Part shown: positions 1-9,616 of the stretch, in pieces
How positions within the stretch are numbered: position 1 is the stretch's first letter
How the letters are laid out: each line of letters begins with the position of its first letter
Program-made: the position numbers and the translations under genes
Notes under the pieces: model-generated
The model's database searches: none
What the model was told of the DNA's origin: nothing
Seen by the model: the letters and a program-made list of their open reading frames with translations, nothing else
Assembly (NCBI GenBank): GCA_902766395.1
Contig: CACXDL010000041.1
Coordinates: forward strand, 1,400-65,399
Direction: 5' to 3'
DNA from: an uncultured bacterium
GTDB lineage: Bacteria; Cyanobacteriota; Vampirovibrionia; Gastranaerophilales; Gastranaerophilaceae
Length of the DNA stretch: 64,000 nucleotides

Positions 1-2199
1 ATTCTTGATTTTGCAAAGGATACACCTGTTGAATATATTGCAAATATCGAAAAAATAAGAGACAACAGCGCCGTTTCATATTTATCGGAAGAAGAACTCA
101 TAGATATCGCAAAAACTATGAAGTCTTCGAGATTGCCAAAAAATTTCATCAATGAAAACAGTGAAGATGGTTTTATACTAAAGGATATAGCACAAGAATT
201 ACTCTCAGACAGAGCAACCGAAGATCAGATTTTTTCAGTTTTTGACGAAAGTTTAAGAATAAAACAAAATGCAACACCGGAACTAAAGGGGTTATATTCA
301 TCTCTCAGAGATTCTGAACAAAATTTAAGAGATACCGTCAACTCATTATTAAATAATTCAAATTTTTCAAAATATCTTCAAGACAACATTTACACAGAAA
401 GAGACGGAAGAATTGTTTTTCAGGTAATCGCATCCAACAAAACTAAAATTCCGGGAATTATACATGATGTTTCGTCATCTGCAAAAACTTTTTACATTGA
501 GCCTTCACAAATAGTCCCATTAAATAACAAAATCCGTGAAATAAAAGCAAAAATAAATCAGGAATGCATAAAAATACTTGTAGGTTTAACTAATTTAGCT
601 AAATTGCATATGGATGAATTATATTTATGCGAAAAAATAATGTCCGAAATTGATTTTCATTTTTCAAAAGCAAGATACGCCGTAAAAATTCAGGCTACAG
701 AACCTGAAATTACAGAAGAAAAATATATCTACTTTGAAAATATGAAACATCCGATTTTAATAGCACAAGGAACGGAAGTTGTATCAAATAATTTTGAAAT
801 AGGGAAAGATTATCATACAGTTGTTATCACAGGATCAAATACCGGAGGAAAAACAGTAACACTAAAAACCATAGGTTTATTTATACTAATGGCAAAATCC
901 GGAATGTTTTTACCTTGCACATATGCAAAATTGTATCCGTTTGAACAAGTTTATGCAGATATTGGTGACACTCAGAGTATTACAGAAAGCCTCTCAACAT
1001 TTTCTGCACACATGACAAATATTATTGAGATCCTCAAAAAAAGTAATGACAAGACATTTATATTACTTGATGAAATTTGTGCAGGGACAGATCCTGTAGA
1101 GGGAGCCGTTTTAGCACAGGGAATACTAAAAAAACTGGCTCAAATGAAAACTAACGGAGTTATAACAACTCACTACGGAGAACTCAAAGCACTTGAGTAC
1201 TCTGATACATATTTTAAGAATGCCTCTGTAGAATTTAATACAGAAACTCTGCAGCCAACATACAAATTACTAATCGGAATCCCGGGACTTAGCAACGCAA
1301 TTTCAATCGCTTCAAATCTTGGACTTGACACTGATATAGTCGATAAGGTCAAAAATATATTAATCACACAAAAAGATCCCTCTGTTGCAGTTGTAGAAAA
1401 ATTGCAGGAAACTCACCAGAAACTTTCTAAAAATCTTGAGCAGGCACAAGAATTAAAAGAAACATCTTTATCGATAAAAAAAGAATATGAAGAAAATCTT
1501 AATCGAGTAAAAAAAGATAAAACCAAAACGCTTAAAAATATTAAAAATAAATTTGATGCGGAAATTATGGAAGCAAGAGCAGAAATTAAAGACATACTCG
1601 ACGAACTAAGAAAAGAAAAATCAGAAAAAATTGCCCGCAGAGCATACTCTCGACTTGCAAAGCTTGAACAAAATTTCAGAGAAGACATAGATCAAGCTTC
1701 AGACAAACAAAAATATCTTGAAATCGATTGGGATAAAGTTATTGTTGGTGACATAGTAATGCTTAAAAATCTAAACCAAAAAGTCACAATTGTTACTTTA
1801 CCCGACAAAAACAAACGACTCACCGTAGATATGGGGTCAATTAAAATGAAAGTAAAACAAGATGAACTCGCAGTTTTGGATGAAAATTACAAAGAACCGG
1901 CAAAAATTAAAATCCCTGGAACGACATTTAATAAATTTGAGCTAAAGAAATATTCAATCCCTCAAACCTTGGATTTACGGGGATACCGAGTTGAAGAAGC
2001 ATTAGATGAAGTTGAAAATTATTTGGATAAAGCCAGCCTTGCAAATCTTACACCTGTAAATATCATTCACGGACACGGTACAGGAGCACTAAAACAGGCC
2101 GTAAGAGATTTTCTTAAGACTTCACCATATGTAGCAAAATTCAGGCCAGGAGATGAATCCGAAGGAGGAGACGGAGTAAGCGTCATTGATATAAAATAA
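1..2199 (+). CDS. mutS2: Endonuclease MutS2 (5' end truncated by window edge)
   Basis: Frame 1 is open from base 1 into the ORF at 118. Walker A GSNTGGKT, DEICAGTDP motif, long coiled-coil linker, C-terminal Smr domain (LDLRGYRVEEAL...HGHGTGALK). Confidence 0.9.
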   Translation: MLDFAKDTPVEYIANIEKIRDNSAVSYLSEEELIDIAKTMKSSRLPKNFINENSEDGFILKDIAQELLSDRATEDQIFSVFDESLRIKQNATPELKGLYSSLRDSEQNLRDTVNSLLNNSNFSKYLQDNIYTERDGRIVFQVIASNKTKIPGIIHDVSSSAKTFYIEPSQIVPLNNKIREIKAKINQECIKILVGLTNLAKLHMDELYLCEKIMSEIDFHFSKARYAVKIQATEPEITEEKYIYFENMKHPILIAQGTEVVSNNFEIGKDYHTVVITGSNTGGKTVTLKTIGLFILMAKSGMFLPCTYAKLYPFEQVYADIGDTQSITESLSTFSAHMTNIIEILKKSNDKTFILLDEICAGTDPVEGAVLAQGILKKLAQMKTNGVITTHYGELKALEYSDTYFKNASVEFNTETLQPTYKLLIGIPGLSNAISIASNLGLDTDIVDKVKNILITQKDPSVAVVEKLQETHQKLSKNLEQAQELKETSLSIKKEYEENLNRVKKDKTKTLKNIKNKFDAEIMEARAEIKDILDELRKEKSEKIARRAYSRLAKLEQNFREDIDQASDKQKYLEIDWDKVIVGDIVMLKNLNQKVTIVTLPDKNKRLTVDMGSIKMKVKQDELAVLDENYKEPAKIKIPGTTFNKFELKKYSIPQTLDLRGYRVEEALDEVENYLDKASLANLTPVNIIHGHGTGALKQAVRDFLKTSPYVAKFRPGDESEGGDGVSVIDIK

Positions 2200-2200
2200 A

Positions 2201-2875
2201 CTAGTTACTCTGGCCGGCTCTAAATCCACAATATGTATAAATAAACGGCAATGCTTTATCTAAATGCAATTTATCCACCAACGGGAATTTTGCCAAAACG
2301 AATGCACCGACAGCATCATCAGCATTTGCAATACAATCCTTTAAACCTAATTTTCTGTCAAGAACTTCATCTTTTGGATCAAATATGAGATTGGAAATCT
2401 CGGCACATCCATACATTCCAACCAGCAAACCACCTGCGACAGACAATATCTTTGATGGAATATTATTGTATTTTTTGCTTGTTTCACAGAGTTTTAAAAC
2501 CCCTCCGACAATCCAAGTCGGAACAGCAGCATTTAAAAATTGAAACACACCTTCTTTAAACTTATTCTTTTTCGCTTCTTTAGTTTCACCAAGCATGCCG
2601 ACACCAACACCACCAACAACGGATGACGCTGATAACACAACCATATCGCCCAAATCATAATTTAATTTTAAAGGATTTTTAATATTCCTTTTTTTCATCA
2701 TGAGTGCAAGCGGAATTAAGGTACCGGCCAACGCTCCAATCCCAGCTTTTATCTTATCTGAAGGTGTAATATCCCTTTCATATGAATAAGGTCTTCTGTA
2801 TGTTTTAAGGGGTTTCTTGACTGATGTACCGGTTAAATAAGAAAAATGATCATTTTTATTTATACCGCTTAACAT
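2201..2875 (-). CDS. Hypothetical membrane protein with glycine-zipper-like TM segments
   Basis: 224-aa ORF with several Gly/Ala/Val-rich hydrophobic stretches (GIGALAGTLIPLAL, VVGGVGVGMLG, WIVGGVL). No family recognised. Own promoter-like element directly upstream. Confidence 0.5.
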   Translation of the reverse strand: MLSGINKNDHFSYLTGTSVKKPLKTYRRPYSYERDITPSDKIKAGIGALAGTLIPLALMMKKRNIKNPLKLNYDLGDMVVLSASSVVGGVGVGMLGETKEAKKNKFKEGVFQFLNAAVPTWIVGGVLKLCETSKKYNNIPSKILSVAGGLLVGMYGCAEISNLIFDPKDEVLDRKLGLKDCIANADDAVGAFVLAKFPLVDKLHLDKALPFIYTYCGFRAGQSN

Positions 2876-2881
2876 ACTTCT

Positions 2882-2910
2882 AATATATTGCGGTTACACA
2901 AAAAATGCAA
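2882..2910 (-). promoter_or_regulatory. Sigma-70-type promoter, leaderless geometry (TTGCAT-N17-TATATT-N6-ATG)
   Basis: Read on the minus strand: TTGCAT (2910-2905), 17-nt spacer, TATATT (2887-2882), then 6 nt (AGAAGT) to the ATG at 2875. No Shine-Dalgarno. Confidence 0.4.
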
Positions 2911-2965
2911 TACATAAAAAGGATATAATTATTGTTACAAAAACTTTACAAAACAGACAAATTTG

Positions 2966-2992
2966 CTAAAGTTTTTTCTATTTATTCCGATT
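2966..2992 (+). promoter_or_regulatory. Sigma-28 (FliA/SigD)-type promoter candidate
   Basis: TAAAGTTT (2966-2973), 11-nt spacer, TCCGATTA (2985-2992), compared with the consensus TAAAGTTT-N11-GCCGATAA. The -35 matches 8/8, the -10 matches 6/8, and the spacing is exact. Lies 31 nt upstream of the ATG at 3024. Confidence 0.55.
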
Positions 2993-3023
2993 AAATATTT
3001 GTAAGGAAACCAGGGATAAGCTA

Positions 3024-3554
3024 ATGAGTCTTAATGTAAACTATACATCTCTATACAAAAACGGTATTGATAAATCCATGTTAGCGGAAGTATCAAAGGA
3101 GATTCTTAACCGTGCAGAGGCAAAAAGCACTCAATATGCTCAAAATTATTCCCCTGCTCAGGTTAATTCTACTGCAAAGCCTGTAGAATTAGGACTTGAT
3201 TTATATCAGGGGAAACTTGATACAACAGTTCAAAAACAAATTTCAATCAACAATACACTTCAATTCCAGTTAAATAATGAAACATTAAAATCAATACAAT
3301 TTTTAAATTCTCAAGCCGCAATCACAAACAGAGTTGACGGCAAATATCTTCCTAACGTAAATGTTCCAACCGAAACCCAAAAAGTTTCTGAAGAAAACAA
3401 ATCTCAATTTATGAGTATTTTCACATCAAAAACCGCAAAAGATAAAAACGGCTCAAATCCATTCTACTACGGAGAATTATTATCAAATAATTCTTCAAAA
3501 AGAGAAGAACAAACTAAACAACAAGCAGATTCATTAAAAAGTATTTTCGCATAA
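3024..3554 (+). CDS. Hypothetical N/Q/S/T-rich protein (176 aa) with no Cys, Trp or His and no signal peptide
   Basis: Monocistronic ORF bounded by a sigma-28-like promoter and a hairpin terminator. N-terminus is MSLNVNYTSL. No family recognised. Confidence 0.6.
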   Translation: MSLNVNYTSLYKNGIDKSMLAEVSKEILNRAEAKSTQYAQNYSPAQVNSTAKPVELGLDLYQGKLDTTVQKQISINNTLQFQLNNETLKSIQFLNSQAAITNRVDGKYLPNVNVPTETQKVSEENKSQFMSIFTSKTAKDKNGSNPFYYGELLSNNSSKREEQTKQQADSLKSIFA

Positions 3555-3606
3555 TAATTTATATCCTTTTTCCTACGTGTTTAAATTAAAAAATTATAAG
3601 TGTGTA

Positions 3607-3639
3607 GCCCTGAAAAATTTCAGGGCATTCTTATTGTTT
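3607..3639 (+). terminator. Rho-independent terminator candidate
   Basis: GCCCTGAAA (3607-3615) pairs with TTTCAGGGC (3618-3626), followed by a T-rich tract. Confidence 0.6.
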
Positions 3640-3717
3640 AAAATTACCCATTCAGAGAATACGAAAAAAATAATTTACTTATAAAATTTGGATAAAGATC
3701 AGAAAGAGGAGTTTATT

Positions 3718-4179
3718 ATGAAAAATAATATTTGGTTTTTAGTTGCTTGCGCACTATTTTTTGTTGCCGGATACAGCTTAAATAATAGTGCTATTTCGTT
3801 TCCGAGATATAAGGTTGCTGTCGTTGATATCAGCAAAATTCTTGAAAATTCACAAGAAATTAAAACGTTAAAAATATCTCAGGAAAAACAAATGAAAGAA
3901 ATCAATACACTTGTTTCAAAAGCACAAAATGAACTTGCAAATGAAAAAGATCCAACTAAAATCGCACAGCTTGAAGCAAAATACAGAAAAGAAATAGAAA
4001 CAAAAAGAAATTCGATGGACGAAGAATACAACACTAAAATTGCAAAAATAACCGAAGACATTAAAAAAATGGTAACTCAAGAAGCAAACAAAACAGATTA
4101 CAATCTTGTTTTGCCGACCGGAATGGTGATTTCAGGAGGAGAAGATATTACCCCAAAAGTAATAAAGGATATGAAATAA
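3718..4179 (+). CDS. skp: OmpH/Skp-like periplasmic chaperone
   Basis: Start reassigned to the ATG at 3718, with GAGGAG 6 nt upstream. The TTG at 3688 looks like an artefactual extension. Signal anchor MKNNIWFLVACALFFVAG, then a K/E-rich helical body of the typical size. Confidence 0.65.
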   Translation: MKNNIWFLVACALFFVAGYSLNNSAISFPRYKVAVVDISKILENSQEIKTLKISQEKQMKEINTLVSKAQNELANEKDPTKIAQLEAKYRKEIETKRNSMDEEYNTKIAKITEDIKKMVTQEANKTDYNLVLPTGMVISGGEDITPKVIKDMK

Positions 4180-4180
4180 G

Positions 4181-5005
4181 CTATTCTTTTACCCCGCCTT
4201 GTAATATATCATTTATAAAATATTTTTTACCCAAAAGAAATATTGCGACAACCGGCAACGTGCATATTACAGAACAGGCAAGCAAATCCCCCCACAAAGT
4301 AATTTCACGAAAGCTGCCTTTAAAAATTGCTAAACCGACAGGTAAAGTACGCATTCCTTCTGTATTTGTTACGATTAACGGCCACATAAAACTATTCCAA
4401 CTTGATACAAAAGTAAATATTGCCAGCGTTGTCACTACAGGAACAGCCAACGGGAAAATTATCTTGCAAAACATTTGAACATAATTACATCCGTCAATTC
4501 TTGCAGATTCTTCCAAATCCTTTGGCAACCCAAGAAAATATTGACGCATCATAAATATTCCAAACCCTCCAAAAAGCCCCGGAAGTATTAACGCCTGATA
4601 TGTATTTATCCAGTGGAACTGGCGCATAAGAAAAAACAGCGGAATTATATTCACCTGAGGAGGAACCAGCATTGTAATTAAAATTACCAAAAAAATTGCA
4701 TCTCTGTATTTAAAATTTAATCTTGCAAAAGCATACCCTGCAGGAGCACAAAACAAAACCTGCCCAATTGTCGTGACCGTAGCAACAAAAAGGCTGTTTA
4801 CAAAATATTTCCACAAAGGGATTTTTTCAAATACATTTGAATAATTTTCCAAACTCAAAGGAGAATAAAATAACCTACCGCCTTGGTTAAAAATCTCACC
4901 ATTTGGCACAAATGATAAATTTATCATTGCAAAAAACGGATAAAGCATCGTTATTGCAATAAATATCAAAATTAAATATCCACCCCAAATTCTGAGTTTA
5001 TTCAT
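4181..5005 (-). CDS. ABC transporter permease, CUT1/MalG-like
   Basis: Six hydrophobic segments. EAA loop EESARIDGCNYVQMFCKIIFPLAVP. No partner permease, ATPase or binding-protein gene is adjacent. Confidence 0.85.
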   Translation of the reverse strand: MNKLRIWGGYLILIFIAITMLYPFFAMINLSFVPNGEIFNQGGRLFYSPLSLENYSNVFEKIPLWKYFVNSLFVATVTTIGQVLFCAPAGYAFARLNFKYRDAIFLVILITMLVPPQVNIIPLFFLMRQFHWINTYQALILPGLFGGFGIFMMRQYFLGLPKDLEESARIDGCNYVQMFCKIIFPLAVPVVTTLAIFTFVSSWNSFMWPLIVTNTEGMRTLPVGLAIFKGSFREITLWGDLLACSVICTLPVVAIFLLGKKYFINDILQGGVKE

Positions 5006-5153
5006 ACAAAAATTATAATAAAAAATCTGTTAAAATACTAGCAAAAAAAAATACTCTACTGTTTTAATATGATATGTGTTTGAATAGATTTACAAACTAA
5101 GAGAATATTGATATAATTGACACAAGGTTAGTAAAAGAAAAGGGGTCTGCATA

Positions 5154-5900
5154 ATGGCAATATTACCTGTAAGTAGTGTAAGTTTTAAAAATAATAATGT
5201 AAATTTTAAAAGTAGCAACAATAATGAAGAAACAGAAATGGTTTCAACACCAATAATTTCTGAAGCTCCAAAGGCTATACCGGTAATGGTACTTATGGCG
5301 CTGTCTCCATCATTGCTAAATGCTGCCGTTCCGAAAACTATGGAAGAAAGTTCAAATACCCCAAAAGTTGTTATGGTTGAAGATGCTCCGGAACAAGAAA
5401 TATCGGAAGCAACTTATGTAATGTCTCCGGAATTACAAGAAACCCAGCAAAGTTCCGCACCTTTCGGATGGCCCCAATTAAAAAACCATAATATTAAATA
5501 CACTTTACATGGTCAATCAAGGATGTTTGATTACGACATGATATACACAACAGGGCAATTTAACGATCGAGGGAACAACGTTTCAAATGTATATTTAATT
5601 CCAAGAGATAATAATCGTCCTAACAGTGTACACACTCAACCACCTGAAGTTCTGGAAATAATTTATCACGATATAGGTGATAAAGATGAGTTTTGCGGAG
5701 CAAAAGTTTTTGAATATCTACTCGATAAAAATGGTAATGAAATAGGCAAAATGTGGAGTGAAGTCCCAATGGACAGAAATTCAGCACAAACTTTGATATA
5801 TTTGGTAACAGATCATTCAAAATGGGACAACGACACAAATATAAAAATTAGAAAAGTAAATACAAGTAAACTTTTAACCCCTAGATACGAAGAATATTAA
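5154..5900 (+). CDS. Hypothetical protein (248 aa), possible signal anchor
   Basis: TTTACA-N17-TATAAT promoter upstream and AAGGGG Shine-Dalgarno. Hydrophobic stretch AIPVMVLMALSPSLLNAAV. No family recognised. Confidence 0.5.
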   Translation: MAILPVSSVSFKNNNVNFKSSNNNEETEMVSTPIISEAPKAIPVMVLMALSPSLLNAAVPKTMEESSNTPKVVMVEDAPEQEISEATYVMSPELQETQQSSAPFGWPQLKNHNIKYTLHGQSRMFDYDMIYTTGQFNDRGNNVSNVYLIPRDNNRPNSVHTQPPEVLEIIYHDIGDKDEFCGAKVFEYLLDKNGNEIGKMWSEVPMDRNSAQTLIYLVTDHSKWDNDTNIKIRKVNTSKLLTPRYEEY

Positions 5901-5985
5901 TAAATGTAAAAATTCCGGAATAACTTGAAAAAAAAGTTTTTTCAGATTGTTTGAATAAATAGTTAAACTTAACGGGTGCTAATAC

Positions 5986-8900
5986 ATGAGTTTTGATATT
6001 CCCAAAAGCGATAATTTGATAATAACAACAACGCCAACAACAACAGTGGCGCAAACTGCGATGCCATCAACAACCATATCGGCATCTACAACTGCTTCTA
6101 CAACAAAAACCAATTCCGTATTTACAGCGACTACAAAACCGACAACTGAAACAGCTGTAACCACGCAAACTGTCTCTCAAAAAGAGCCCGATATAAAAGT
6201 TATAGAAAAAAACAAAATAATTGAAAATTTAAAGAAAAAAAACAAAGATAATAAAGTAACAGAAGGCGATATATATAATGAATTAAAAAGATTAGAACAA
6301 GAACATCAACTTACTAAAGAACAAAAAGAGCTACTTAAATATTATGAAGAATTAAAGAATATAGATAAAACAAATCCTGGATATTCGGATAAACTTTTTG
6401 CACAAATTGCACCAGACTCCCTCATATCAGCGGGATTAAACACAAGAACAACTTCAGAAAGTAGCACGCTGGCATCTGAAGAACCTAAGACAGAAAAATC
6501 ACCCGAAGAAAAAGATCTTGAAAACTACATTGCGAAACATAAAGACATATTTGAAAACAAAACCATTGATGATGTTTATTCGTATTTATTACGTAAACCT
6601 GACAAAACAGAAGAAGAACAAAAAATACTAAACATTCTTAAGAGTAATAAAAAAGAAGCATCTCAGGATACCAAGCCTGCAGATGAACAAAGTTCTGCCA
6701 TTTCTCCGGAGAATGCTGAGAAACTTAAAAAATGCAATGAAATAATTCAAGGTTCAGGGACAGATTATGAAAAGTTATCTCAAATTATGGATTTGTATCT
6801 GAGCGAAAATGACCCAGAATACCAAAAACTCCCTGATTATCAGGGAAAAACATATAAGTACGATCGTAAAAGACAGTACAGAGATAAGCTTATTAAAAAA
6901 TTAAGAGAAGACTTCGCTCCAGGGGATTTATCAACTACAGAAAGATCAATAATGCATCAAAAACTTACTGCATTATTTACAAATTGCATTGCCCAAAATA
7001 AAACTATTGATAGCATAACTTCACAAGGAAAAGGGGCACTAAAACAAGAAATAGAAGCTATATCCAATAGAGAATTTAGCTCTATTATACAAAATGTAGA
7101 AACAAAAGGAACGGACCAAGATGTTATAATAAGCTTTGCTGATAAGCTGCTCGCAAATAAACCGGAGTACACAAACTTAACAACTAAAGAAGAAAAAATA
7201 AAATATATAAGATCAAAAGCTGGAGAGATTTTTGAAAAAACTCTTGGTATTCCCGTAGAAAACTTAAAAATAGACTCTGAAACCATGCCACTTATAGAAA
7301 AAGCAGCTGCAGAAGCTATAAAAGAAATTGTCTCAAAAAAATATACTGAATCGGATTTAGAAAACCCAGAAACTCAAAACAAAATTATAAACAATGTTAT
7401 GACAGCTAACCCTGATCTTTTGGAGCAAATCAAAGAAAAACTTCCTAAAGTGTTTAATGGACTTATGGTTTATCTAGAAAAAAATAAACTAATAGCTGAA
7501 TTAAAATTAAACGATAAAGATGGAGTAATTACAGAAGGAGAGATTTATAAGGAGTTAAAAAATAGAGAAAAGAATGGTTCGCTTACTAGTCCTGAGCAAA
7601 AGGAGATGCTTAAATACTACGAGCGCGTAATAATGATGGATAAGGAAATTCCAAATTATTCAAAAACATTATTTAAACAAAAAGCAAGCAATTCCAGTCT
7701 AATAGCACGTGCCGCACTCACAGGCAAAGATGTTCCTACATATATACATGAAATGTTTGCTGGAAAAACTGAACAAGAAATAAATAAAGCTCTGAAAAGA
7801 TTAGTACCGGATGTTAACTCTTTTCCTCCAAATAGCGAAGCATTTATAGCAATATTCACAGAGTTGAAAGAAGTATATGGTCCACAAGAAGCATACAATA
7901 AAATGAAAAAAATGGGAATGAAACAACCACGCGATTTCCAGATTGATGCATTTATTCGCAATGATGGTAAAAGTACTGCAGAATTAGGCAATATAGCTGC
8001 GAATTACGGGACAAAGGCTGAAAAGGAAGAATGCTTAAAAGTTGCCTCTGCATCTGCAAAATTTTTGGATAATGAACAACAGAGTATATATTGGGAAAAT
8101 TCAAACAAATACTACGATAAAACTATTGCTGAAAGTGTTAATAATTACAAAACTAAAGAAGATGCCGTTCAAATTCATGCATATGTTGCAAGTTCTCAGA
8201 TTGTTTCAGACGAAAGAAAATCCTCTGTAACGAAATTCATGGTAGAAACTGCCGCACCTGATAGACAAATTTATTACGCAAGAGAAATGTCAAAAATTAA
8301 AGATGCTGCAGTAACAGAAGGTTTAGCCGCGGCAGAACAAAATGTTGACTCCTCCGTAAGACAACAATATTCTCAATACGTTGATAATGCAATAAAAAAT
8401 AACGGATACACATCTGAGCAAAAAGCTAATATTGAGCAAGCACGCCAAACCGGTCAAATAAGTTATGAGCGCAGCAGTTCTTCTGAAGGGGCATCTGACA
8501 AATCCTCTTCAACCGGAACTAGAACAAGTTCTAACACACCGAGTGCGAGCAGAACTTCCACAGGGTACGCAACAACAGTATCATCCTCAACCGGAGGCTC
8601 TGGGTCCTCTTCCGGAACAGCATCAACATCCGGTTCAAAGCCAACTTATGTTGCATTTGGTTCAACAAATTATGGTGATCAGGTAACAAAGGCTCTTTCA
8701 GATAAAAAAGAAAGAGTTCAAGAGAGAATTACTCAAATTATTGACAATTATCAAAAAACAACAAAAGCTCAAGAAGCAAAATCCGAAAAACAAGCGGACA
8801 CAACAAGTAAAGAAGCCACTTCACAAGCAGCAAAAGCAGCAGAAAAAGAAGCAAAAGTTGTTAAAACCTTTATTGAAAGCCCTCAAGCTTCCGGTAATAT

Positions 8901-9495
8901 TGATGCAAAAACTATTCAGGAATTAAAAACTGCATACAGCTCAGGCGGTATGAAAGGTCTATATGAAAAACTCGGAACACTTGGTGAAACCGTTCAGGAA
9001 AAATTCTTATCATTCTTTGCTAAATACTCAGATGGTAACTCTTTACACAGTTTTGCAAGCAGTTTTTCAAATAATAAAAGCGTAATACTTTCATTGTACC
9101 AGTACAGCAATGATCCATCATTGTTAGCATATCTTGGAGAATCTGCAACAATGGATTTACTCTCCAAAGGTAAGATTAAATTGAAAGATTTCTTAAAATA
9201 TGCAAGCCCTTCAACAATTGCTTTGTATATCAGCGATCTGAACAAAACAGGTAATCATGAATTATTGAAACAAATATTTGGCTTGTTAAATCTTTCCCAA
9301 GCAAGCTATGTTCAACAGCACACCTCAAAGCCGACACTTGGAGGAGACGATTGGATGGAACAACTTCAAGGTAACATGTCACGTGCATCCGGATTTGAAA
9401 TGGCTGATGGACTTGCAATGGGTTCAGACAGAGCTCCTATGGGCAGATCATATGATAAAATGAAACAACGCGGCCCTTTCTACTTTAATGCATAA
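5986..9495 (+). CDS. Large hypothetical protein (1169 aa) with low-complexity tracts and an internal repeat
   Basis: Long uninterrupted ORF. Thr-rich N-terminus, two ~64-aa repeats (6214-6405 and 7486-7680), a Ser/Thr/Gly tract, and a Lys/Ala/Glu tract. No signal peptide or TM segment seen. Confidence 0.65.
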   Translation: MSFDIPKSDNLIITTTPTTTVAQTAMPSTTISASTTASTTKTNSVFTATTKPTTETAVTTQTVSQKEPDIKVIEKNKIIENLKKKNKDNKVTEGDIYNELKRLEQEHQLTKEQKELLKYYEELKNIDKTNPGYSDKLFAQIAPDSLISAGLNTRTTSESSTLASEEPKTEKSPEEKDLENYIAKHKDIFENKTIDDVYSYLLRKPDKTEEEQKILNILKSNKKEASQDTKPADEQSSAISPENAEKLKKCNEIIQGSGTDYEKLSQIMDLYLSENDPEYQKLPDYQGKTYKYDRKRQYRDKLIKKLREDFAPGDLSTTERSIMHQKLTALFTNCIAQNKTIDSITSQGKGALKQEIEAISNREFSSIIQNVETKGTDQDVIISFADKLLANKPEYTNLTTKEEKIKYIRSKAGEIFEKTLGIPVENLKIDSETMPLIEKAAAEAIKEIVSKKYTESDLENPETQNKIINNVMTANPDLLEQIKEKLPKVFNGLMVYLEKNKLIAELKLNDKDGVITEGEIYKELKNREKNGSLTSPEQKEMLKYYERVIMMDKEIPNYSKTLFKQKASNSSLIARAALTGKDVPTYIHEMFAGKTEQEINKALKRLVPDVNSFPPNSEAFIAIFTELKEVYGPQEAYNKMKKMGMKQPRDFQIDAFIRNDGKSTAELGNIAANYGTKAEKEECLKVASASAKFLDNEQQSIYWENSNKYYDKTIAESVNNYKTKEDAVQIHAYVASSQIVSDERKSSVTKFMVETAAPDRQIYYAREMSKIKDAAVTEGLAAAEQNVDSSVRQQYSQYVDNAIKNNGYTSEQKANIEQARQTGQISYERSSSSEGASDKSSSTGTRTSSNTPSASRTSTGYATTVSSSTGGSGSSSGTASTSGSKPTYVAFGSTNYGDQVTKALSDKKERVQERITQIIDNYQKTTKAQEAKSEKQADTTSKEATSQAAKAAEKEAKVVKTFIESPQASGNIDAKTIQELKTAYSSGGMKGLYEKLGTLGETVQEKFLSFFAKYSDGNSLHSFASSFSNNKSVILSLYQYSNDPSLLAYLGESATMDLLSKGKIKLKDFLKYASPSTIALYISDLNKTGNHELLKQIFGLLNLSQASYVQQHTSKPTLGGDDWMEQLQGNMSRASGFEMADGLAMGSDRAPMGRSYDKMKQRGPFYFNA

Positions 9496-9616
9496 TATAT
9501 AGGCTTGCTTTTTGATTATTTTTGTAGTGTAATTAAGTTACAACGGGAATAAGGGTTAAATGCAATCATATTTAGCAATATCCTCCCGTGAGTCCATTTG
9601 AAAGAAGACAATTTAA

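Noticed and set aside
5926-5944. A-run/T-run hairpin (TGAAAAAA-aag-TTTTTTCA) after ORF 5154-5900
   Set aside because: The stem is made almost entirely of A-U pairs with negligible predicted stability. It cannot be distinguished from homopolymer runs common in this DNA.
9543-9589. Possible RNA structure or riboswitch upstream of ispH (ACGGGA ... TCCCGT)
   Set aside because: It has only a 6-bp stem closing a 35-nt loop, with no convincing internal pairing and no resemblance to a riboswitch class I can recognise. The evidence is too weak to call.
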